A stretch of DNA of 64,000 nucleotides from Corallochytrium limacisporum Hawaii (lineage: Eukaryota > Protista > Pluriformea): NCBI GenBank assembly GCA_002811645.1, contig PDIP01000257.1:1-64000 (forward strand). The letters are read 5' to 3'. The notes beneath the pieces are model-generated. The model saw only the letters and a program-made list of their open reading frames with translations, ran no database searches and was not told the origin of the DNA. Of the stretch, positions 35,488 to 47,867 are shown one piece after another; position 1 is the stretch's first letter, and the number at the start of each line of letters is the position of its first letter. The position numbers and the translations under genes were made by a program.

Positions 35488-35903
35488 TTAGTTCCCTCCG
35501 CGAAGAGCAAGCACTAAATGCAGAACCGTTCCTCCCGAAATCTTGTAGTCCTCTGCTGTCTTTTCGTCGTTCCTGCATGAGCAAACATTTAAAAATAGAT
35601 GACATACGTTAGCAAACATGTCCAGCAAAAAGGTGGTCGCAGGGACCTCTGCACGGATACTTACATTGCACGGCCACTGAAAATAAGACGTTGTTGGGCA
35701 GGAGGAATGCCTTCCTTCTCTTCAACACGTTCCTTGATGCGCTCAATCTTGTCAGTGGGCTCGATATCGATCTCGATCTGTCATCACACGAAAACAATTA
35801 AAATACATCCCGCTTGTTAGTAAACTCCATTCCCATGCACCCAATTCGTTAGCATTCCTCTACCTACTTCCTTGCCCGTTAGGGTCTTCACCTTGATCAA
35901 CAT
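35488..35903 (-). CDS. NEDD8: NEDD8/Rub1 ubiquitin-like protein, 3 exons: 35903-35868, 35777-35665, 35572-35488 (77 aa)
   Basis: Spliced by hand: [12 protein letters not shown]|[38 protein letters not shown]|[27 protein letters not shown]. Ala72 and LRGG are diagnostic. Both introns are GT..AG with branch sites. Exon lengths 36+113+85=234 nt. Confidence 0.96.
35573..35664 (-). other. Spliceosomal intron 2 of NEDD8 (92 nt, phase 2, in the Met50 codon)
   Basis: GTAAGT donor, TGCTAAC branch site at 35614-35608, CAG acceptor. Confidence 0.93.
35778..35867 (-). other. Spliceosomal intron 1 of NEDD8 (90 nt, phase 0)
   Basis: GTAGGT donor, TACTAAC branch site at 35822-35816, CAG acceptor. Confidence 0.93.
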
Positions 35904-36932
35904 CTTGGTCTTTGTTCTGTTCCGTCCCAAGCAACTATTTCATATAGACAGCGTATTCGGACAGAGGTCACAAAGTCTCAACGTCACCCACTCTCAAATA
36001 GACCGCTTGTCCAACAGTCATGGGAGAACAACACCATCAGAATACTTCACACACCTTCCCATTAATCACACGCCACACTGGCAATGAAGTGGTACTGCGC
36101 TAGGATGGAAATGATGCGCGTTTTCAGATCCCAAAGGTCTCGCTCCTGCCGGCCGCGTCGGTCTTTAGCCTGGGCACCACAGTGCCATTAGCCCGTTACC
36201 GCCCCCCTCCGCACCGTACCAACACCCCCCCCCCCCAAGGCCAAGCGAAAACACAGTGGCACCCACAGCCAAGGTGGCCACGCATTAGATTATTTGATTT
36301 TATAGTAAAATCAGATTGAATTCAATCAGATTCATTATTCCCGCCCCTTTTTGTGTCTGACGGGCGGGCGGGCCAGTGCTTCATATCCCCCGCTTCCGGT
36401 GCAGTTTTTTTGTCGTAAACTCTCTCCGTCCGCGTTTCGTGTTTCAGATCCTTCTCGTCGCGCGTATCATCAGTGCCTCTTTGTTTTGGTACTTGAAAGA
36501 ACGACGTATTGTTGTACGAAGAGAAAACTAGAATTTCTTTTCCCAACGCCGCCGACATTCTTAGTTTATTTCAAATATGTCGCCAACGATTGTTGTTCAT
36601 GTTGGAGTCCGACTATATATCCCAGTCTTGTGGGTTTCCGGTGGGCAGCCATCGACTCTCACCTCGCCCGGGGCTAACAGTTTCCCGGTTGTTCAGTTTT
36701 CTAAACATCTCCTCGCTGTTCGTCTCGTGACAGACCATACTGTGGCTCGCCAATACTTCGATCAGAACATCCCAAGTGTATGCAGCGCTGACGCTGGCTG
36801 AGCCCACTTTTGTCTCCTCCAACCAACATCCCAACTCAAACAAACATACCCATCTCCCCAATTCGTGGTTCCCTTGTCGATGAATGAAAGGCGGTAACGC
36901 CACCTACTCTCATCTACGATCTCCCCCCTCCA

Positions 36933-36956
36933 AGAGAGAGAGAGAGAGAGAGAGAG
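36933..36956. repeat. (AG)n microsatellite
   Basis: Seen directly. Confidence 0.9.
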
Positions 36957-38765
36957 CATCACTCCTCCCATCCAGCGCCGCTTCGTGTTCGTGGTTCGCG
37001 TTTGACTCGATCCCCCACCGGACGCCCCTCTTTCCTGCCCGTTCGGCAGTAGTGTCTTCTTTCATTGGCTCCCCGTCCCGCATCTCCACAGAAGAAAGTA
37101 CTTCCCCGCTTGCGTCATTGGCTTGTCGGGGGAGGCTGGAATGTAAAATGTCGTACGTTTAGTAGGGAAGCAGGAGCTATTCTTAGAATTCCCGCCGAAA
37201 AAGTTATGAAATCCGTTCCGGCTTTTAACGAATGACCAATACACACACGAAAAAGTCTTAGTTGTTGCCGAGAGGAGACAAATCCGTACATTTTGTATGG
37301 TAACACATAATCGATGGTTCGGGTGGGGAACGGTCACGCTTGAATGGGGATGAGATTGGCAGTGGTGACGGGGACCCGTGTAGCCCGATCATCGGACAGT
37401 CCTCAATATCCCTGGACCCCGGATCTCTCTTTACTTTGCAGTAAGCTGGCCGTCCTGACTGGATACAATGAGTTCAGATACATGAGTCGCACGAAACGGC
37501 ACTAGACCAATTTCCGATGAAACCGTTAGAAAAGTCCCGTGCATCTGACCCGCATTCCCATCTCCGTCATCAACATCATCTTTTTGGTTTAGAGCATGAC
37601 AAGTAGGTAGATATAGGAATGCCATAGTGTATCATTCATCTTTCATGATCCTCGTGTGAGCATGTTGCGAATGTCAACGCATGCACAGAGAGTTGGAACG
37701 AAAGAGACGGAGACGGATTGGGTGCAAGGGCGGACATACATTGGCCGCTCTAAGACCGGGGTCGTCAATCTCATTCGCTTATGTCTTCTTGACCAGGTTG
37801 GATTTTAAGACATGTACACATCATACAGAGGGGCATTGGGGCAGGGACAAGCCGCAGTAAGAGCGACAGAAAAGCACGTTAGCGATCAGCACCGCAGAGA
37901 TCATTTGAGTGATATCCCAGTATCTTGCATCATCCACCTTGTCAGCTTCCCCAATGGTGGCAACAGCCGTGCAAGTTCACTTCTCTTCAGTATTGAGATC
38001 AGCAGCAATGAAAGGGAAACCAAACAGTGATCTCGCCAGCAGATGCTATGCATGTACCAACTTGTTTCCGTGCTTGGTCAGCAACGCCCTACTGAGCGCT
38101 AACGGTTCGCCGGATTTGGGTACCGCGTTGTTTGTCTTTCGGCAATCAAGCAACCAGCAGCTGGTCAACAGGGGCCAACCAAAGCCAGCCACCTTCAGTT
38201 TCACTACAAAACATAGGCGCTTTATTGGCTCCTTTGGGCTCCCCATTTGCAGTTTCCGGTTTTGCCGTGCTTCCCCCAGCCCCTAAAATTTTCGTCCCAG
38301 CGGTGCGCCGGGGCTTGCAGCTGACGACAGCGGATTCATACGTGAGTTTCAGATCAATAACCGGCCAAAGGCCGTGGGAGGCACTGTTTCGCGATGTGTG
38401 AATCGATGAACAATTTGAGGGTTCCCTGACTTGATGAACACCGCGAACAATCCTAGGAGCCATATTTGGGGGTAGATCAAGACATATGCCGCGTGTTCGG
38501 CAGTGCATGAACTCTTGTTGACTCGGACCATAGGTCCCCAGGTACACTAAACTTCTGATCGATGGATATCCGTTGCCATGTGTAGGCCATGGGACTCGGT
38601 TGAGACCAATAAATTAGATGTCATTGAACATTGTCTTTTATGCCATTTTAATGTTAATTATGTTACGCTAGGGAGGATGTCCCGGTAGAACAAGTAGCCA
38701 CCCTTCTGTTCAAATGCTTTATACCCGAATCATTGGAAACCAATTAAACCAGCAAGGTAATAAAT

Positions 38766-39224
38766 TTACTGGGTCTTCTTGGCGCCCTTGATGAGAGAAA
38801 CAACAGTGGCGTACACGAAGTCAATGATCTCGAAGGGGCGCTGGACGATCAGGGTCCTGGCGGTGGTGCGGACATCCTGCTTGACAATCTTGTCCTCCTC
38901 AATGGCGTTCTTGCGGCCCTTGACGTCGGTGTAGCGCTCAACGGCGCAGACGAAGGTCTTCACAATACCAGTCTCCTTGTAGGTCTTGGTCAGGAACTCC
39001 TTCTCGACGTCAACGATCTCGTCAGCCTTCTGGGCCAGCTTGTGGGTGTCAGCATCGACCTTAACGTAGTTGGCGACCTTGGCCGCGTTGTTGGCGACGA
39101 AAGACTCGACCTGGGGAATGTACTTGGCAGCGAAGCTAGGCACGTATCCCTTGAGGGTGGTGTAGACGTTCTCAGCCATGGTCAGGCCGGTCTCGACGTA
39201 GTTGGTCTTCTGGGTGGCAGCCAT
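38766..39224 (-). CDS. Small, probably highly expressed amphipathic helical protein; possible lipid-droplet coat protein (MLDP/perilipin-like)
   Basis: 152 aa with very strong C/G-ending codon bias (ACC, AAC, TAC, GTC, AAG), ACAATG start, TATTTAAA ~90 nt upstream. The functional call is tentative. Confidence 0.8.
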   Translation of the reverse strand: MAATQKTNYVETGLTMAENVYTTLKGYVPSFAAKYIPQVESFVANNAAKVANYVKVDADTHKLAQKADEIVDVEKEFLTKTYKETGIVKTFVCAVERYTDVKGRKNAIEEDKIVKQDVRTTARTLIVQRPFEIIDFVYATVVSLIKGAKKTQ

Positions 39225-39314
39225 TGTGAAGTGTAGTGTGTTATCAAGAATTGTACCTTTCTGATATTGATCAGATCAGACGCAGAGTCCTGTGGTCGAT
39301 CACGAGGAGCGTCC

Positions 39315-39322
39315 TTTAAATA
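39315..39322 (-). promoter_or_regulatory. TATA-like box (TATTTAAA) of the 152-aa gene
   Basis: The minus strand reads CCTATTTAAAGG about 90 nt upstream of ATG 39224. Confidence 0.4.
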
Positions 39323-42300
39323 GGTTGCATGCACCACCAACAGTGCATTGACTCAGAGTCCCTGTTACCTTTCAGGAAAACCACGAGGACTTTCCTCTTC
39401 GTTCCTTTGTTTCTCAAACTCTTAGAGTGTCAGCTATCTCAACCTTGCTGCTGGTGCGTTTGGTGCCCCAGTCTCGGATTTCCCCCCTTTCTCGTCCTCG
39501 CTTTCTCTTCCGTTCCCTACGGATCCCCCCCCCCCCCCCTTCGTGGCTTCGGGACGGTACGCTCGGTATGGAAGGGTCTCCTCGTTTCTCGCAGTAGAAT
39601 TCCTTTTTTTTCTTTCTTCCCATTGAAGAACTACAGGAAAATGCGTGGTTTTCTCCGTCACCGGGCAAAATTGGTGAAATTTTCTTGCGAACTGATGGAG
39701 GAACGTGAAGTGGTGATTACACACCCACCCAGACTTTCGCCTGCGCGGTCATTGAATTTTTTTTTCTTTTTTCCACAAGTTCTGCATTGGGAATCAAACC
39801 AATGAACGGATAGGGTCTCTTTCTACTGCGCCAACCCGTACCCGCTGCCCAACCCTCCTTCGGGCTGGGCCGAAGGTATGCTGGGATCTGCTGTCGATTT
39901 TTTCACAGGCGCACACCGTAGAGCTTTTCAGTTTAGCCACATGTCTTTAGTGTCTGCCTTATTCCTCCCTTCCCCTGGTGCGGGAGTGGCTTTGAAAACC
40001 CGCCAGTGACTATACATTCAGTCCGCCGCCCGCCTGGCTAACAGCAATATACTAAGAAGTATAGGTTTGCCAACGGGACGTGTATCAGATGATGACTTGT
40101 GTGTGTTGCTCCCTGGCTTTTTTTTCATATCAAATCTCTGGAACCCCTCCTCCCTTTCGCTCTCGCTCTGACTGCCCAAAAATAAACCAGCCTAGATCGT
40201 TTCATACTCTTCCAATTGGTTTTCCCTTTTTGCCGCACCAATTTCTTTCTTTCGACATTCCTTTTTGTTCTCTCTTCTCCCTTTCCTTGCGTTTTGTTTC
40301 CTAATCGGTTCCGTTTTATTTTTAGGGCTGCGGACCCAAAACCCGTCCTTTCTTTTTCTACTTTGAACCCTACTTAATCGGCGGCTTTCCCTTCTCTGTT
40401 TTCCTTATCACTCGTCCTTCTCTTGCGTTCGGTATTCACGCACTCAACCAGCCCTCGTTTTCCAACCCCGTGGAAAAAGCAGCGTCTCCTCTCTCCCCCC
40501 TTCCCCACCTCCGGCTTACCTTTCCTTGTTAATTTTGGGTTTTGACCTCTCCACTGGGTTCGCTACCATCTCTTTGCACCCACAATGCCTCCTCGCCAGT
40601 TTCGTTCCCTTCCTCTTCCCTCCCTAAACCCTCCCCCCCCCTCTCCCCGGTGCGGTCGGACCGGCCTTTAAAAAGAGAAAAAAATAACCACTGCCTCAGT
40701 ACCACTTACCCAATGTTCGCGCTTTCTCAACGGTTTTCTTACCTCTCCCTGCGCAAATGGCCCAGTCTAAGTTTTTTTTCTCCCGGGCTCTCGTCCCCAC
40801 CGTCTCTTCCGATGGAAGCGATTTCGTCCCCTCCTCACTTCTTTCAGGTGAGAGAGTCCCAGAGACTGTTTTTAAAAAAACTCCTCGGATCATGGAAACG
40901 GGAGAGCCCCGACACTGGGGGACTGGTGCATTGCGTAAGATGCATGCGAAGCATGATCGATCATGCTCTCTCAGTGTCTCTCTCACTCTCACTCTCGCTC
41001 TCTTTCTTTGTCTTTCGTCGTGCACTGCCGCCGGTTCTCCGGGGGGGCTACTTGTCGCGCTCTCGCCCCTGCGACCTCCGAGGCGGATCATTCGGCGGGT
41101 GTAGTACGCTGGCCCCGACACTGGAAACGGACAAGAAAAGAACCAACAAAAAGAACTGGCAGCGAGCGTGAGGGACCCTGCAGCACGACATTATTTTTTT
41201 CTGGGTCTTCCGCTCTGGCCCGAAGGGGGAGGGGGGGAAGCTGAATTACTCTTTGTCTGCAGGCCATGGACCACTAATCTTTTCTGGCCCATCCTTTTTT
41301 TTGTCGTGGCAATTTTTTCTTTTTGGTCCGTTTGAAATTGCGTGCTGCCTGCTGTCTTAGCAGGAAGAACATTGTAACAAAAATGTGAACTCCGGGAAAA
41401 GCCAGACACGCCCGTGACCGTACACCAGCACCCCAGGGCGATTCACGGGCAGAAAAAAAATATCCCCTCCGCGGGAGAGAGGGGAAGGCCCCCAAAGGAG
41501 CGGCCACCGTGGACCCCGTGCCTTAGCTCATCACCCCGCGCAATCCCCTCCCCCATTCCCCGTGGGGGGTGGGCTGCTACTAGACACTATCCGTCCCATC
41601 GATCACGTTTTTTTTTCTGGGTTTTTTTCTTGGTGGTGGAAACCCAACCAACGGAGATGGGGACGGGTTCGACCCGCTCGTCCGGCTTGCCTGTGGGCTC
41701 CCCCCCCCCCACCGCGGGGTATACATGCCTAGCCCGTCGTGCGTTTTGCCAATCGCATGGTCGGTCCAGTTCTGCGAGTCACGAAATATATATTGAATAT
41801 ATTGACAGCCGAAGTCCCAATAGCGTATCCATTGCATTATCGGTCAAGCGTGACAAAGTGCCGGAAGAGTTGGTGCAGCGAAATTGTTTGGTAGGTACCA
41901 GTTGGCAATGCTGAAAATCAATACATGCAATATACTAAAAGCCCGCATTAATGTTGACCACACCATGCGACAGTGCCACGTCTGCCGATGGCAACCCCTA
42001 CTGAAAGTTCCGAGGAACTGTTCGGCCTTCGATGGCTTGTAAGGTCTTTCTCACTTAGAAAACCTAAGTGAATTAACGGTTGCAAAGACTCCGTGCGGAC
42101 GGAGGCAGCAAAAATTTTGAAAGACTCTTCACTTTCAAACGAAACTGGGCCGCCCGTTGCCTGAAAGCTCGAATTTAATTGGGCACTGAAAATGTACTGA
42201 AATTCTCCGACGGAAGTTCTACCAGGGGGTCTGGCATTTGAGTGAAGTGTGCGGGTTCCGGAACAGGTGTCAGTTTTTGCAGGGCTCCACCAAAAAAAAA

Positions 42301-45300
42301 AGACACCTGTACCGGGTTCCATAGTCTGGATTGTATAGCTGAGGACAAAGTCTTCGAGTCGTTGAGTACTGACTGGGTCGCGACCAAGAATCTGAACTGA
42401 TTCCTGGCCGTCAGTGGTGCATGGACATACGTGAGCGTGTGATGGCGATTGATAAAATGTCTCTATAATGAATGTATAGCTAATTTTCAAGGACTGATGA
42501 AGTGTGCGAACAGACGTTCCATTTGTCGGTGGAAAATCTTCTGCAGGACAAGACTGACCCGGGTGGGTGGGTGCCCCTAACCGACCGAGACAACTTCCAA
42601 TTCACTGAGAGAGTATTAAAACCTTCCGTTTTTGTCTCCCCGCCATCACCGCCCTGGGCGTCCGTGTAGCAAGAAAAAGCAGAGAATCGCGTGATTTGGC
42701 CCTGGCCGCTTTCACACACCGCCGCCTCCGTTCCTCTGTAGTCAGATCAAGACCTGTTGACGCAACATCACCGTGCGTTCGACCAGTACACTCCCGAAAC
42801 TCTTACCATGTTCCATGGATTCTCCCACCGCTGCAGCGAATGCTCATTGCGAAGAGATCGCAACCGCGGAAAGAAGGGTACCGAACCACTTTGGATCGTA
42901 ATGGCTTTAGGGTGGATTAGCTGCCAAAGAGTCCAATCCACAGATGATCTGCCGCAGCATCCAAATAACGTACCCCATCCGAAAAGGACTATGTCGCTGC
43001 TGTTCACTCGGCATGTCCAGTGCCTAGCAATTAGGGTCCGCCGTTTCCGACCCTCGAAACACAGGGTAGGGCCCGGTACTGAGACCAATCACGGGTTGGC
43101 ATCCGCACCGTAGAGGTAAAAAGGGGGGAGAGGCGGAACACCCCACAATGCCCCACATCCACCCAGCCACGCACCCAAAAAAAAAAACACGTGAAATTTC
43201 AGCCACAGCACCAGCACAGCATCACACTTGCCGTTTCTGCTGCATAAACCTTCCCGCTCTCGTGTGGTCCCTTTCCCCTTCCCCCCCCACCCCCGGGGGG
43301 GCTCCCCATGCCCTCCTACTCCATTGCCCTTTGCTTCACTACTGCTGCCCTATCGTCCTTGTCGTTGTCTATGGCTAATGTACCGAATATGTGAATCTCT
43401 CCGCCGCCGCTGCCGAGTTTCTGTTCCACGGTACACGGAAGTCAGTAGAGAGGACTGTAATTAGTAGGGGTCAAAACGACTGCTCACTCAGACCGTGTAT
43501 TTTCATGCGCAAATCAAGAGGTGCACTCATGTCGAATGCTCTCAGGTTTCGTTCACCCAATCCCTGTTGACGGGCACACCTTCACATACCATGGGAGCAC
43601 AGAGTGCAAATTAGAATTGCCTACGAAGCTTGGAGATCACGAATCGATGCTGGATAACAAAGAGCGAGTTTTGCCGGCCCGCAAACATTACCTTGAGGTG
43701 ATGACAGTGCCTTGACTATGAAATCCGAAGATGCCAACACCAGAAACGCATCACGAAAGAGGATTCGGCAATGTTATGCAGCCCGATGACGGATCACGTC
43801 CGAATGCTACAATCGGGCCCCATATATCACATTGCAGCAACTGTTGCAGTTATGCAACGCAACGATAAACACAAACACTACCCCCGTTCTTCGCTTGATG
43901 AGGCCTGGGTTTTCTTGATCAACCCTCTTAGCTGGTCTGGTTTATCGGAAAGTGATGTGCTAGTCGCCTGCTTGATCACAAGTTTGCATGCCGGTGATGT
44001 GGTTCAGGGTGTCCGCTGGTGGATATCCATCGACTCTGCCATGACCCGTTCGGAGGTTCCACCGTTACCACTAGCAAACAGTGAAAGTTCAATGAAAGGT
44101 ACGGATCCACCGCGACCACACAATTCAAAGGGATCAAGAGTCATTCACACACTATGAAAAAGGTGGTCAGGGGGGAAGAGACAGTGAGCCCTCAAATCCC
44201 GTGTTTCTCGGCAGTTCGTGTTTGTTGTGTCAGGTTGTGTAGGTTGCTCTATCGATGGTAATGCTGCATTCTTGATGAAAGGTTTCACGCGCACGGGTTT
44301 GATGTGTGGATGGGGATGCGTTTTGTATGGATGGGTTCGCTAGCGAAGGGAGATTGTCAATTTCATTGCTTGCCCAATTTTGTGGTCTGGATGATTGTTT
44401 GGCGCTTGCACAACTGGGCAGTCATCCATATGTTCACTGTGTATTGGATCGCCATCGTCTACATTTTCCTTAGGGAATCTGTTTGTTTGAAGGGGACCAG
44501 TGGCTATGGGCAGCAACGACATGCAGAAAGAAAGCCCACAAGAAACGTGAAATCATACGCATCCACCTAAGTTGTGCCAACCCCATTGTGCAGGTTTACC
44601 GATTTGTACCCTGTACAAAGAATGTACATTTTGCAAAGACCCACCTATACCGTTCTTGCTGGACGGAATATATTGATGCCTGGAAAGTGTGGGCGAAAGC
44701 GGCATCCGCTGTGTCAGGTCGGCACCCAGAGTGGGTATGGGTACGTCTGTGCATCGTGACACCCATCCAATTCATTTTCAATTGGGAGCATCATGTTTGT
44801 CAGGTTCGTATTGATCCTAGAGTTTAGATGACAGCTGGGCCCGTACGGGCCCAACTCCTCGGCGACCGAACCAATTGCTGAACGATCCGAATTCCCCTTG
44901 AACCCACCCTCGCTGCTTTTCGGCAACACTCTGATCACGTCAGATTTTTGGCCAGTGCCTTCAGCATCGAAATTAGCGACGGGAAGGGGCGCCAGTTGGA
45001 AAGGGAGCGTGCACTGGAGGAAACGGTGGGCGCAGCGGGCCGCCCCTCAGGACACCTGTGAATGGAATCCCCCTGAGGTCAAGAGATTGCAGGACGGGTC
45101 AACGACAATGGCTGGTTGGTATCTCTTTCCAGCTTGCCTTGAGATTGTCAATGTGCTCTTTTTTCGTACTGTGTTTGGATAGGCACCCGCACAAGAAACG
45201 AAAGTGTTGATTGATAAGGCACGCGAATCATGTGGAATGCAACCCTGATACCCGGCTTTAAGAACATTGGCCGGATGAGCATGTCAGCAGCATAAAGAAT

Positions 45301-45736
45301 GCATGGCTTGCGATGTGGATGACAGCTGATGGGAAATGGACTTTTGAGTCACAACCACTAGCAAGGTGATCCAGCCCATGACGACCACCTACCAGGCAAG
45401 AATTGAAATCAATTTAGTGGATTGAGTTAGATTTGATTTTAGCTCTTGGCGAGGGAGGGGCGGAGGGTACTGACAGTTCGGTGGGTCTCACCGCTGGCCA
45501 CCTTGCGGATTCGAACTTGTGTGCTCAGTTCCGCACTATTGCAACACACTAGAGTATTTGAAGAATACACCGTAATGAATCAGCACACTGACTATACATA
45601 GCTTGTGTTGACCGATTTCACAGAGAACTGGGATTTGAAGAGGTGATAAAGGAACCTTGCGAAGCCAATCTACGCATCGCCCTAGCACACCTGCTTTACA
45701 CTATGTGAAGAACGCAGCACGCAGAGACACAACACA

Positions 45737-47767
45737 ATGGCCCAATACAAGGATCTTGGTCCTTGGATTAAAAATGAAATGGGCAAACTTCTCGGCTTCG
45801 AGGATGATGCCTTGGTTCAGCATATCCTTTCGATGGAGAGTCCGGGAGATGTGCGGGAGTACACGACTGGACTGCTAGGGTCTGATTTGCGCGCGTCTCG
45901 ATTCACAGACGATTTGATCAGCCGCATGGCCTTTAAAGACGAACCCAATAGCACTGTGTTTTCATCGTCAGGCGCATCGGGGTCATCGGCGAACGTTCAG
46001 GCGCAAGAAACTTCCTCGCCGCGGAAATCGAAGCCAACGAAGTACAAGGATTTGCGATCTGCTATGCAACCCCTCAAACAGGCAGATGAGGCTGCAGTGC
46101 TGGCGAAACAGAAGGCCGCAGATAAGAAGTCCCAACAGAAGAAGCAAGACAAAGCGAAAATCATCAAGGTTAGTTTGCAGAACTTCGAGCCCAGCGCTTT
46201 GGACAAGTACGTAAACATGGGTACGCGCGCATGCAATTGCGGTGCCACAAAGCATTCATTAGTGAACATTTGCCTAAACTGCGGTCGGATCGTCTGTGAA
46301 CGGGAAGGTGCAGGACCTTGTATCACATGCGGGCAGGTGGTTCACACCAAGAAGGACGCGGACACCCTTGCCAAGGGCAGCAACCAGGCCGTGGCCCTGG
46401 CGAAGCAGCTTGAGAAACGATACGCTGCTGTACGCGAAAGGGACCTGCAGGAGGCGTCCAAGCTTCGGAAAGATGAGGAATACATGGCTGGAGCTGGTGG
46501 AGCTGGTGGAGCAAGTGCAGTGAAAGGGAACATCAGCATTGCTATCGGCAAGAAAGCAAATGATGCCGCGGAGCTAGCAGCAGAAGCGAAGGCACGTGAA
46601 CACAAAGAGAAACTCCTAAAATTTGACCGCAGCAGCGCCAAACGCACGCGCGTTATAGATGATGAGAACGATTACTACGCCACTGATGGCAATGCATGGC
46701 TCAGTCCAGAGCAGCGGGCCGAGGCCGAGGCCCGGGAACGGAAAGCACGTGAGGAAAGATACGATCGCAGCAAGGATATCAAACTGAACATTAACGTCGA
46801 AGATCGGTCCCTGTCTGAGCACGTTCATGTGCCAAAGCACGATATGTATGACAACCCCGACGACATTGCCGAGGACGATCAGAATACGGGCCGTCCGTTG
46901 GGCATGCAAGTAACGTACAAGGCCATCGGGTCGGATGTTGCGGACGCCACGTATCAGTCCGCGATGCAACGCATGTTTGGGGCAGGTAATGACGTCCTAA
47001 ACGACGACCAGGCGCGATATTTTGTTGCACAGGTACCTAACATTGAAGACACGGATGTGCCGTCGAATCTGCCACAGGCATCGGACTTGCGATACGTTCC
47101 CGCACCAAACGACGAGGACGGGGCAGAAGAAGGTAGGGACAAGGGCGCGAATGAAGACACCAGGTCCGTCCAACGAACAACCATGAGCCGTGTGCAGGAC
47201 ACCGGACTCCTTGAGATGCAGGATCGTGGCATGTGCATGTCCCTGCACCAACCTTGGGCCTCGCTTATGGTCTATGGCATCAAACGCGCAGAGGGCCGCG
47301 TGTGGTACACCAGCCATCGTGGACCTCTCTGGATTGCGTCGACTGTGCAAGATCCAGACGCCGATGAGATCGCCAGCATTGAACAGTTTTACCGCGATTT
47401 TTACGGAGACCAGGACATGAAATTTCCTCCTTACCCGAAGTCAAGCCTGCTTGGGTGTGTACGAGTAGTGGATGTCATGGAGCAGAGCGAATTCGCCGCG
47501 TGGGCCAAACCAGGCGCAAGTGGTGTTCTGGAGTCACAGCAGCCGTACGTCTTCGTATGCGATGATGCCCAAGTCCTGCCGCTCAAATTTCCCAACAAAG
47601 GCGCCCATAAGATTTACAAACTTGACCCAACCATTCACAAGGCGGCTCGCAGTCTGCTGTTCCAGGCGCGGCAAGCGGTTGGTGATGCTGACGGAACCGA
47701 GAAGGCATTTGCCGGATCTTCCCGAAACAAAGGTAGTAGGAAAGGAAAAGAAAAGGGAAAGAACTAG
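45737..47767 (+). CDS. TRIP4: Activating signal cointegrator 1 (ASC-1/TRIP4/Rqt4)
   Basis: PWI-like N-terminus, zf-C2HC5 (CNCGATKH...CLNCGRIVCEREG.GPC..C), IDDENDYY, C-terminal ASCH domain (SLHQPWASL..GIKRAEGR.W). Confidence 0.94.
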   Translation: MAQYKDLGPWIKNEMGKLLGFEDDALVQHILSMESPGDVREYTTGLLGSDLRASRFTDDLISRMAFKDEPNSTVFSSSGASGSSANVQAQETSSPRKSKPTKYKDLRSAMQPLKQADEAAVLAKQKAADKKSQQKKQDKAKIIKVSLQNFEPSALDKYVNMGTRACNCGATKHSLVNICLNCGRIVCEREGAGPCITCGQVVHTKKDADTLAKGSNQAVALAKQLEKRYAAVRERDLQEASKLRKDEEYMAGAGGAGGASAVKGNISIAIGKKANDAAELAAEAKAREHKEKLLKFDRSSAKRTRVIDDENDYYATDGNAWLSPEQRAEAEARERKAREERYDRSKDIKLNINVEDRSLSEHVHVPKHDMYDNPDDIAEDDQNTGRPLGMQVTYKAIGSDVADATYQSAMQRMFGAGNDVLNDDQARYFVAQVPNIEDTDVPSNLPQASDLRYVPAPNDEDGAEEGRDKGANEDTRSVQRTTMSRVQDTGLLEMQDRGMCMSLHQPWASLMVYGIKRAEGRVWYTSHRGPLWIASTVQDPDADEIASIEQFYRDFYGDQDMKFPPYPKSSLLGCVRVVDVMEQSEFAAWAKPGASGVLESQQPYVFVCDDAQVLPLKFPNKGAHKIYKLDPTIHKAARSLLFQARQAVGDADGTEKAFAGSSRNKGSRKGKEKGKN

Positions 47768-47867
47768 AATGTAAATGATGATTGAGATATATCTATGCTG
47801 GAGATCTAAATCTATTTAATTCTTTAACTCGGTGTACGTTAGGTAAGATTTACGACGGATGTGTTTT

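Noticed and set aside
36673-36680. GCTAACAG branch+acceptor-like motifs (also ~40036-40043)
   Set aside because: No matching donor or exon chain giving a sensible protein.
41948-42490. 180-aa ORF and other 100-130-aa ORFs in 37400-38600 and 43500-45200
   Set aside because: No codon bias like the real genes and no family motifs.
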